Source: Vicingaceae bacterium
Lineage (GTDB): Bacteria; Bacteroidota; Bacteroidia; Flavobacteriales_E; Vicingaceae
DNA length: 64,000 nucleotides
Direction: 5' to 3'
Assembly (NCBI GenBank): GCA_040218815.1
Contig: JAVJQS010000007.1
Coordinates: 25,557-89,556, forward strand
Position numbers and translations under genes: made by a program. The notes under the pieces were generated by a model, which ran no database searches, had not been told where the DNA came from, and saw only the letters and a program-made list of their open reading frames with translations. Positions 17,291 to 24,925 of this stretch are shown one piece after another; position 1 is the first letter of the stretch, and every line of letters starts with the position of its first letter.

Positions 17291-19732
17291 ATGAGTTCTA
17301 TTCTTCAAAGTCCTTCACAAAGTAAAACAACTTGCCACCACTGTGGTGATGATTGCTTGAGCGAAAGCATTGCAGTAGATGGAAAATATTTTTGTTGTAA
17401 TGGCTGTAAAACCGTTTATGAAATTCTTTCAGCCAATGCACTTTGCGATTATTACGAGCTGGAAAATCGGCCTGGCATCAACATGAACAAGAATAGCTCG
17501 TCAGCCTCGGCCAAACGTTTTGATTACCTAGACGATGCCGAGGTGCAAGAGCGCTTGTTGGACTTTAAAGATGAGACCATTGCCAAGGTTCAGTTTTATT
17601 TACCCCAAATCCATTGCAGTGCCTGCATTTGGTTGCTGGAAAACTTGTATAAAATCAATCCAACCATTCGACAGTCAAGGGTTAACTTTTTAAAGAAAGA
17701 AGTATACCTCACTTTTGAGCATCAGACATTAGCTCTTAAAGAATTGGTGCGTTTGATGGCCACATTAGGTTACGAACCGAAGATCAGTCTGAACGACTTG
17801 GAGGAGGTCAAAAAAAAGTCCATCAGTAAACATCTGATCTACCAAGTGGGTTTAGCGGGATTTGCTTTTGGCAACATCATGCTCATGAGTTTACCGGAGT
17901 ACTTCGGCTTAGATGCTGATAGTATTAAGTTCTTTAGCCCATGGTTTGGTTGGATTAACTTAGGACTAGCAACTCCGGTAGCTATTTATAGTGGCCAAGA
18001 TTACTTTAAGTCGGCATGGTTTAGTTTGAGACAAAAGCGGCTAAACATTGATGTTCCCATTGCATTGGGTGTTTTGGTGCTTTACATCCGCAGTGCTTAT
18101 GAGGTAATATCACAAAGTGGTCCTGGCTTTTTCGACTCGCTATGTGGTTTGTTGTTTTTTCTGCTATTAGGTCGAATTTTTCAAGAAAAGGTATACCATC
18201 AGCTTTCATTTGAACGAGATTATCGCTCTTACTTTCCAATATCGATTAGCAAGTGGGTGAATGGTCAAGAAGATAATATTCCGCTTAAAGACATCAAGAA
18301 AGGCGATAAAATTATAGTGAAAAATGGAGAGCTTATACCCGTAGACGCCTTGCTATTAAGCGGAAAAGCTAACATCGACAATAGTTTTGCCACTGGAGAG
18401 TCAGATCCAATTAAGGTTGAAACCGGTCATAAGATTTATGCTGGCGGACGCCAAGTTGGCGAAGCAATCCGTTTAGAAGTTATTCGTCCGCTAAACCAAA
18501 GCAAGCTCACAAGGTTGTGGAGTGATTATGCAGCTAAAGAAAAAAGCTCTAGCACTTTTTCAAGTTTAACTGATCGGGTTAGCCAATATTTTACACCCAT
18601 TATTTTAATCGTGGCATTGGCTGCTGGAGTTTATCATTTTCAACATGGTATTGGCACTGCCATAGAGGTAATGTCGGCTGTTTTAATTGTAGCCTGCCCC
18701 TGTGCCTTAGCATTAGCTGCTCCCTTTACCTTTGGGCATGCCACTCGTTGGTTAGGTAAAAACGACTGTTATTTAAGAGAAGCAGCTGTTCTTGAAAAAA
18801 TGGCTGACATCGATCAACTGGTTTTTGATAAAACCGGTACGCTAACTTACAGTAAAAACCAAGGTATCAGCTATTCTGGAAAAGCTTTAACAGAAAAAGA
18901 GTCCATGCAAGTGAGTAGCTTAGTGGCACAAAGTAATCACCCGCTAAGTCGTCACATTTATCAATATTTAAAGAGTTTTGAAAGATTACCACTTGATGGG
19001 TTTGAAGAATTACCTGGAAAAGGAATTCAAGCAGTCGTTGATGGAGAGCTGCTAAGAATAGGCTCTGCTCAATGGATTTTTGGCGATTCTACTGATGCCC
19101 AAAAAACAAGTGTATTTATAGAAATAAATAATCAGCTAAAAGGAAGTTTTAGCTTGGAAAATGAATATCGCAAGGGTATTGACGAGTTGATAAAACAACT
19201 GGCTAATAAGTACCAACTGTCGCTACTATCGGGCGATAACAGTAATCAAGAACATCGGCTAAAAGCGTTTTTTCCCAGCAACAGCCAGCTTTTATTTAAT
19301 CAGCAACCACAAGATAAATTAAAAGTGATTACCGAACTTCAAAAAAATAAGCAGAAAGTGATGATGGTTGGCGATGGGCTAAATGATGCTGGTGCTTTAC
19401 GACAGGCTGATGTAGGAATGGCCATTGCTGAAGACGTAAATGCATTTTCACCAGCTTGCGATGCCATTTTAGGAGCCAACTCTTTTGAACGGATTGGAGA
19501 GTTTTTACGCTTTGCAGTAGCCAGTAAAAAGATAGTTTACCTCAGCTTTGTCCTCTCATTTTTATACAATGCCTTAGGACTTGGTTTTGCAGTTCAAGGC
19601 TTACTTTCACCTGTTTTTGCGGCCATACTTATGCCCATCAGTTCTATATCAGTGGTGGCTTTTGTAAGTCTTTCTGTATGGATTTCAGGAAAATGGCTAG
19701 CTAAAAATCAAGCTACTTTTTCAACTACTTAA
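17291..19732 (+). CDS. ccoI: Copper-translocating P1B-type ATPase for cbb3 oxidase maturation (CcoI/FixI)
   Basis: It has the N-terminal CHHCGDDC motif, the CPC motif (VACPCALALA), DKTGTLT and GDGLNDAGAL. The ATG at 17291 is preferred because the ATG at 17240 lies inside the FNR-type box, 4 bp from the fnr start. Confidence 0.85.
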   Translation: MSSILQSPSQSKTTCHHCGDDCLSESIAVDGKYFCCNGCKTVYEILSANALCDYYELENRPGINMNKNSSSASAKRFDYLDDAEVQERLLDFKDETIAKVQFYLPQIHCSACIWLLENLYKINPTIRQSRVNFLKKEVYLTFEHQTLALKELVRLMATLGYEPKISLNDLEEVKKKSISKHLIYQVGLAGFAFGNIMLMSLPEYFGLDADSIKFFSPWFGWINLGLATPVAIYSGQDYFKSAWFSLRQKRLNIDVPIALGVLVLYIRSAYEVISQSGPGFFDSLCGLLFFLLLGRIFQEKVYHQLSFERDYRSYFPISISKWVNGQEDNIPLKDIKKGDKIIVKNGELIPVDALLLSGKANIDNSFATGESDPIKVETGHKIYAGGRQVGEAIRLEVIRPLNQSKLTRLWSDYAAKEKSSSTFSSLTDRVSQYFTPIILIVALAAGVYHFQHGIGTAIEVMSAVLIVACPCALALAAPFTFGHATRWLGKNDCYLREAAVLEKMADIDQLVFDKTGTLTYSKNQGISYSGKALTEKESMQVSSLVAQSNHPLSRHIYQYLKSFERLPLDGFEELPGKGIQAVVDGELLRIGSAQWIFGDSTDAQKTSVFIEINNQLKGSFSLENEYRKGIDELIKQLANKYQLSLLSGDNSNQEHRLKAFFPSNSQLLFNQQPQDKLKVITELQKNKQKVMMVGDGLNDAGALRQADVGMAIAEDVNAFSPACDAILGANSFERIGEFLRFAVASKKIVYLSFVLSFLYNALGLGFAVQGLLSPVFAAILMPISSISVVAFVSLSVWISGKWLAKNQATFSTT

Positions 19733-19811
19733 ATAATACCGATTGTAATTTTAATTATATACGGGCTTCCTTTTTAATAAGTAATTTTTTCATTTTTTTC
19801 GCCGTGAATAT

Positions 19812-19863
19812 TTCGACAAGCTCAATAACCGACGAAACAAAACTTGTGCTGAGCGAAGTCGAA
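19812..19863. repeat. Imperfect palindromic (REP-like) element flanked by GTGAATA direct repeats
   Basis: TTCGACAAGCTCA (19812-19824) pairs with TGAGCGAAGTCGAA (19850-19863). GTGAATA occurs at 19804-19810 and again at 19879-19885. Confidence 0.5.
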
Positions 19864-20550
19864 GTAAAAACTCGTCCTGTGAATAAAATTTTACCAAATC
19901 TTTAAAAACCTAAGTGCAGCCGAATGATTGTATTTGTATAGCTTATTATTTAAGGTCAAATTGAACTCGGAGTACCTCGTTTCCTCAAACAATTGGAACT
20001 TTAATGAGTCATTTTTATTTTTCAATTAATGTTTCATTGAACTCGTGATATTATATCTTTCTAACTAAAACACCTGTTTTTCTCGTTTCCGGTTTTACTA
20101 AGGTTTTTATTCGATTTGATTTCAATTTTTCTCAATGGACAACTAAAAATTAAACACTCGTTTTCTAAAAACAATTCTTAATCGGACAATAGTGATTATA
20201 TAACTATTTAGATTTTGAACTTGTTTTTATTGAATTCACACTAATGAGGGGACGGCCCTTTTCAAGTTTTTGGTTTGGAGCGAATTATATGGAGCAATGA
20301 TTGAAGAAGCTTCAACGCTTGTCTTTGGAGATCATTGAAATCATCGCCATTTATACCGATTTAACTCATAAAAAGTCGCAAACTTCCTTCATCGTCTGCA
20401 CTTTTTTGAGTAGTTCGGCATAAAACAATTATACCTTTAAAATATTTTTAATAAAAGTTTTTGTTGCAACCTGTCTAGGCAGATCGAGATTGCAAAGCTT
20501 AAGTTTTAGGAGTGGAGAACTTAAAAGTTGAAACAGGCCTAGAATCGCTG

Positions 20551-20592
20551 CCTGCCTAAGCACTTGCTTGTGAAAGGATGGCAGGTTTTGTT
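20551..20592 (+). terminator. Terminator-like hairpin plus U-run on the plus strand, possibly the 3' end of an sRNA
   Basis: CCTGCC (20551-20556) pairs with GGCAGG (20580-20585). An inner stem AAGCA/TGCTT lies between them, and TTTTGTT follows. Confidence 0.4.
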
Positions 20593-20633
20593 ACTTTTTT
20601 CTCCCGAAAGCTATCGGGAAAGGAAAAAAGTAA
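20591..20633. repeat. Long near-perfect hairpin downstream of usp
   Basis: TTACTTTTTTC-TCCCGA, loop AAGCTA, then TCGGGA-AAG-GAAAAAAGTAA. The T-tract lies 5' and the A-tract 3' on both strands, so it is not a canonical intrinsic terminator. Confidence 0.5.
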
Positions 20634-20681
20634 AAAGTTCTTTTAGAAATGCTCTTAAATGTTTACGAAAAGAAATTAAAA

Positions 20682-21491
20682 TTAATCAACATCCGGCAAC
20701 ACCATAATAGGCAGTTGAAAATGTTTAATGACTTTCTGTGTATCGCTATCATTAATTAACCACTCCCAGAACGACTTTTTTCTACGGATTAAAACTAGCA
20801 TGTCTTTTTCTCCTTCTATTCCATTTTTTAATCCTTCTTCATAGCTCTCTGCAGCTACTTCGTGCAAGGAAGCTTTATGCTGACCAAATAATTTTTCTAA
20901 TTCAGGCCAATTCTGTATTGGTGAGCCTTCCTTTAAGCGAACATGCAAAACTTTTACCGGCAAATCATGTTGCTTGCCTACCTCAAGCATCAATTCAATA
21001 TCATTCTGGTCAACTGCTGCGCCATCGTAACTGAAACAAATCTGGTTAATTAAAGCTTTATCGTAATTAGTAGGAATAGCAAATACTGGTAGTTTAATCG
21101 ATTTTAATACACTTGCTGCATTGCTTCCAATGAGTTTATCTTTTAAGCCGGAAGAGCCTTTAGTGCCCATAACTACAAAGTCAGCCTTTGCTTTTTCTGC
21201 TAAATGAGCCACAGCATCTTCAAAATTTCCTTGGAGCACCTTTGATTCCATAGTGAAACTTTTATCAGCATATTTAGCGCTCAAAGAAGACATAAACTCC
21301 TCCATGTTTTTTTCAGATTGTTCCTTTAGCTGTTGCAATAAGGTAAACAAGCCACTTGTGCCACCACGAGGAATGTCATAGACATTACAAACTAAAAATT
21401 TATTTTCTGCATGATTAAAGAAATCTGCTGCAAACTGAAAAGCATTCAATGAGTTTTCAGAAAAATCTGTTGGAATAAGTATGGTTTTCAT
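20682..21491 (-). CDS. Universal stress protein, tandem UspA domains
   Basis: The sequence starts MKTILIPTDFSENSLNAF, and VVMGTKGSSGLK is the UspA ATP-binding G-x2-G-x9-G(S/T)-type motif. The 269-aa length fits two Usp domains. Confidence 0.8.
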   Translation of the reverse strand: MKTILIPTDFSENSLNAFQFAADFFNHAENKFLVCNVYDIPRGGTSGLFTLLQQLKEQSEKNMEEFMSSLSAKYADKSFTMESKVLQGNFEDAVAHLAEKAKADFVVMGTKGSSGLKDKLIGSNAASVLKSIKLPVFAIPTNYDKALINQICFSYDGAAVDQNDIELMLEVGKQHDLPVKVLHVRLKEGSPIQNWPELEKLFGQHKASLHEVAAESYEEGLKNGIEGEKDMLVLIRRKKSFWEWLINDSDTQKVIKHFQLPIMVLPDVD

Positions 21492-21537
21492 GGGTTTAAT
21501 TTTCTTTCAAAGATAGCGTTGTCAACCTTAACTAAAC

Positions 21538-21551
21538 ATGATTTTTATCAT
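21538..21551. promoter_or_regulatory. FNR/CRP-type box ATGATTTTTATCAT between usp and the cdo-like gene
   Basis: This is a perfect ATGAT/ATCAT inverted repeat with a 4-nt spacer, 47 bp upstream of the usp ATG. Confidence 0.5.
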
Positions 21552-21606
21552 ATTTTTTATGTTATCTCTTCACTAACTTTGGTCAAATAAATTTAAAATC
21601 AAACCT

Positions 21607-22140
21607 ATGCTTGCTGAAATAAACACTATGGAACACCTCAAGAAAAACCTGCATATGGGACCAGGTTACGGAGGTTATGTTGAATTATTAAATGCACTTG
21701 CATTGCCAAAAAATGAGTGGGATAAGTTTTGCACTTGGGAGAAAGATAACTACACAAGAAATTGTATTTCATCCTGCGAAGACTATGAATTATTATTGCT
21801 TTGTTGGGAAAAAAACCAAGCATCACCTATTCACAACTATGATTTTCAGGAGGGTTGGATTAAAGTTCTACAAGGGGAACTGACCATTGACACCTATGAA
21901 GTAGATCGAGATGACAAGACCGCAACAAAAAAGGGAAGCCTGGTGCTAAAAAATGGAGAGTCAACTTACCTTAACGATAGTATGGGCTTTCACAAGGTAG
22001 CTAACCCAAACGGACAAAAGACAGTAAGTCTTCACTTAAATATTGGACCAGTTAAAAAGTGGGAAGTTTTTAATGAATCAAAAAAGGAATTAGAAACAGT
22101 TGAGCCTAAATTAGATACTAATACCAAAGATTGTGAGTAA
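21607..22140 (+). CDS. Cysteine dioxygenase type I-like cupin protein
   Basis: The cupin His pattern is SPIHNYDF...GFHKVAN...VSLHL. An alternative start lies at 21628 (MEHLKK). Confidence 0.6.
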   Translation: MLAEINTMEHLKKNLHMGPGYGGYVELLNALALPKNEWDKFCTWEKDNYTRNCISSCEDYELLLLCWEKNQASPIHNYDFQEGWIKVLQGELTIDTYEVDRDDKTATKKGSLVLKNGESTYLNDSMGFHKVANPNGQKTVSLHLNIGPVKKWEVFNESKKELETVEPKLDTNTKDCE

Positions 22141-22308
22141 TTAAGTTTCCTTGCTTTTGGTGATGTTCTAGACCTATATCCCTTATCTAAATTAGATTAG
22201 CGACTTTTTCAAGGCTCGTTAAACCACTTTATTTTCAATTCCAAAACACGCTTCAAAAAAAGACTCCAGCTAAACTTCACATCGCTTCGCGAATCAAATT
22301 TTCAAAAC

Positions 22309-22322
22309 ATGATAATTATCAT
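22309..22322. promoter_or_regulatory. FNR/CRP-type box ATGATAATTATCAT upstream of ccoS-ccoNO
   Basis: This is a perfect 14-bp palindrome 49 bp upstream of the ccoS ATG. A near-consensus Bacteroidota -7 element (CACATTTG, against TAnnTTTG) follows at about 22330. Confidence 0.55.
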
Positions 22323-22370
22323 TTTTTCACATTTGAAGCCTGCCCATCTTTGGTGAAAATTAATTAGCTC

Positions 22371-22547
22371 ATGAGTGTTCTTATCCTATTAATTCTTGCA
22401 AGCCTTGTTGTGGCAGTCGGTTTTTTAGTTGCATTCATTTGGTCGGTGAAATCCGGCCAATACGAAGATGACTATACCCCATCGGTGAGAATGCTCTTTG
22501 ATGATAAAAAATCCAATCAATCAAAATCAGAAGAATCAACTAAATAA
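22371..22547 (+). CDS. ccoS: cbb3 oxidase maturation protein CcoS/FixS (58 aa), absent from the ORF track
   Basis: My own translation is MSVLILLILASLVVAVGFLVAFIWSVKSGQYEDDYTPSVRMLFDDKKSNQSKSEESTK. It has a single TM segment plus the W..KSGQY.D signature and sits immediately upstream of ccoN. Confidence 0.8.
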   Translation: MSVLILLILASLVVAVGFLVAFIWSVKSGQYEDDYTPSVRMLFDDKKSNQSKSEESTK

Positions 22548-22555
22548 AAACGATT

Positions 22556-24715
22556 ATGCAAGTAGAGAAATTCAGCTACGACAATAACATTGTTAGAATG
22601 TTTGGAAACGCCACCATTTTGTGGGGGTCTATCGGTATGTTGGTAGGGCTGTTGGTAGCCTTTCAGTTTATTTTCCCTTCACTAAACTTTGGAATAGAGT
22701 ACACTTCCTTTGGCAGAGTAAGACCATTACATACTAATGCTGTGATTTTTGCCTTTGTGGGAAATGGAATTTTTGCAGGTGTATATTATTCGCTCCAGCG
22801 TCTCTTAAAAACTAGAATGTATAGCGATTTGCTCTCCAAGATTAACTTTTGGGGTTGGCAGCTGATTATTGTTTCGGCAGTGATTACCCTTCCCATGGGT
22901 TTTACTACTTCCAAGGAATATGCAGAGCTAGAATGGCCTATTGATATTGCCATTGCCGTAATTTGGGTAGTATTTGGATGGAACTTGTTTGCTACAATTA
23001 TTAAGCGAAGAGAACGTCACCTTTATGTAGCAATTTGGTTTTACATAGCCACTTTTGTTACTGTAGCGGTATTGCATATCGTAAATTCATTTGAATTACC
23101 AATCAGCTTTATGAAAAGCTATTCTTGGTATGCTGGAGTTCAAGATGCCTTGGTGCAATGGTGGTACGGACACAATGCTGTAGCTTTTTTCCTAACTACT
23201 CCCTACTTGGGACTGATGTATTACTTTGTTCCCAAAGCAGCTAACCGACCTGTATTCTCCTATCGATTGTCGATCATTCACTTTTGGGCACTTATTTTCT
23301 TATACATCTGGGCTGGCCCACATCACCTGCTTTATACTGCATTGCCAGACTGGGCTCAGTCACTAGGCGTTGTGTTCTCCATCATGTTAATTGCCCCTTC
23401 TTGGGGAGGTATGATCAATGGTTTGCTTACGCTTAGAGGTGCTTGGGATAAAGTGCGAGATAGTGCCGTATTGAAATTTATGGTAGTGGCTATTACCGCT
23501 TATGGTATGGCCACTTTTGAAGGTCCAATGTTGTCCTTAAAAAATGTAAGTGCCATTGCACACTACACTGATTGGATTGTAGCACACGTGCATGTGGGCG
23601 CATTAGGTTGGAATGGTTTTTTAACCTTTGGTATGCTTTATTTCTTATGGCCTAGGCTTTTTAATACCAAACTTTACTCGATGAAACTAGCCAACTTCCA
23701 CTTTTGGATAGGCACCTTAGGCATTCTTTTTTATGCTATTCCTCTTTACTGGGCTGGTTTTACTCAAAGCCAAATGTGGAATGACTTCACCAATGAAGGA
23801 TTTTTAAAGTACCCTAACTTCTTAGAAACGGTAACTAATATCATTCCAATGTATACTTACCGTGCCGTTGGAGGATTACTCTACTATATAGGTGTACTAG
23901 TAATGATTTTCAACTTAGTAAAAACTGCTAAGACTGGAACCTTTACTGCTAACGAAGAGGCTGAGGCAGCACCGCTAAAAGTATTGCCACCAAAATATAG
24001 AGATGAACACTGGCATCGTTGGTTTGAAAGAAAACCTACGATGTTGTTGATTGGGTCATTAGTGGTAATATTAATTGGTGGAATCGTAGAAATGGTACCA
24101 ACATTCTTAGTAAAATCAAACGTTCCTACTATTTCTAGTGTAAAGCCATACACTCCTTTAGAGTTACATGGTAGAGATGTTTATATTTCTGAAGGTTGCA
24201 ACAACTGTCATAGTCAAATGATTCGCCCCTTTCGTTCTGAAACTGAGCGATATGGTGAATACTCTAAAGCTGGAGAATTTGTTTATGATCACCCATTCTT
24301 ATGGGGCTCTAAACGAACTGGGCCAGATTTAGCGCGAGAAGGCAGTATTAAACTGAGAAAGCCTAACTCATGGCACTTTAAACACTTGTATGATCCAAGG
24401 AGTGTATCTCCAGGTTCAATTATGCCGGCTTACCCATGGTTGTTGTTTAAAGATTATGACACCACAACTACGGCTGCAAAAATTGAAGCCATGATAACGC
24501 TTGGAGTGCCTTATGATGAGGATTATCCACAGAAAGCCAATGAAGATGTAGTCGCACAGGCCAACGAAATTGTTGCCGACATGAAAGAGGTACTAGAGGA
24601 AGATGGCTTTGAAGTGAGTCCTGACAAGGAAATAGTAGCTCTAATTGCCTACTTGCAACGCTTGGGTGTTGACATCGAAAAAGGTACAATGTCTTCTAAC
24701 GATACCAATAAATAA
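22556..24715 (+). CDS. ccoNO: cbb3-type cytochrome c oxidase, fused subunits I and II (CcoN-CcoO)
   Basis: The haem-copper oxidase TM core has conserved His residues (HFWALIF..GPHH, AHVHVGALGW). The C-terminal CcoO part has one CNNCH haem-c motif. Fusion of the two subunits is typical of Bacteroidota. Confidence 0.9.
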   Translation: MQVEKFSYDNNIVRMFGNATILWGSIGMLVGLLVAFQFIFPSLNFGIEYTSFGRVRPLHTNAVIFAFVGNGIFAGVYYSLQRLLKTRMYSDLLSKINFWGWQLIIVSAVITLPMGFTTSKEYAELEWPIDIAIAVIWVVFGWNLFATIIKRRERHLYVAIWFYIATFVTVAVLHIVNSFELPISFMKSYSWYAGVQDALVQWWYGHNAVAFFLTTPYLGLMYYFVPKAANRPVFSYRLSIIHFWALIFLYIWAGPHHLLYTALPDWAQSLGVVFSIMLIAPSWGGMINGLLTLRGAWDKVRDSAVLKFMVVAITAYGMATFEGPMLSLKNVSAIAHYTDWIVAHVHVGALGWNGFLTFGMLYFLWPRLFNTKLYSMKLANFHFWIGTLGILFYAIPLYWAGFTQSQMWNDFTNEGFLKYPNFLETVTNIIPMYTYRAVGGLLYYIGVLVMIFNLVKTAKTGTFTANEEAEAAPLKVLPPKYRDEHWHRWFERKPTMLLIGSLVVILIGGIVEMVPTFLVKSNVPTISSVKPYTPLELHGRDVYISEGCNNCHSQMIRPFRSETERYGEYSKAGEFVYDHPFLWGSKRTGPDLAREGSIKLRKPNSWHFKHLYDPRSVSPGSIMPAYPWLLFKDYDTTTTAAKIEAMITLGVPYDEDYPQKANEDVVAQANEIVADMKEVLEEDGFEVSPDKEIVALIAYLQRLGVDIEKGTMSSNDTNK

Positions 24716-24722
24716 TAAAGTC

Positions 24723-24914
24723 ATGCTAAAATTTATAAAACACAATATGGAAACGATTATTGGGATAGAAATCTTCCCAATAATCTCCTTCTTGATTTTT
24801 TTCATCTTTTTTATCGGCTTGTTTATATGGGTTGCTGGAATGCGCAAAGCTGAAATTAATACAATGGCTTCAATGCCTTTGGAAGATGAAAACGAAATCC
24901 AACTTAACAATTGA
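24723..24914 (+). CDS. ccoQ: CcoQ/FixQ-like small membrane subunit
   Basis: It is 63 aa with a single TM segment (IFPIISFLIFFIFFIGLFIWVAG) and lies between ccoNO and ccoP. The ATG at 24723 is preferred over the track start at 24645, which overlaps ccoNO. Confidence 0.65.
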   Translation: MLKFIKHNMETIIGIEIFPIISFLIFFIFFIGLFIWVAGMRKAEINTMASMPLEDENEIQLNN

Positions 24915-24925
24915 AAATAAATCAC

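Noticed and set aside
19958-20240. Possible degenerate CRISPR array, suggested by recurring TGAACTCG and CTCGTTTCC motifs in ORF-free DNA
   Set aside because: Motif spacings are irregular (about 104, 67, 40, 75 and 62 bp). No repeat of 20 nt or more is shared exactly, and there are no cas genes or leader-like structure in the window.
24641-24925. 94-aa minus-strand ORF overlapping the ccoQ-like gene
   Set aside because: It is the mirror frame of a hydrophobic plus-strand gene that sits in the expected ccoQ position, so the plus-strand reading is favoured by synteny.
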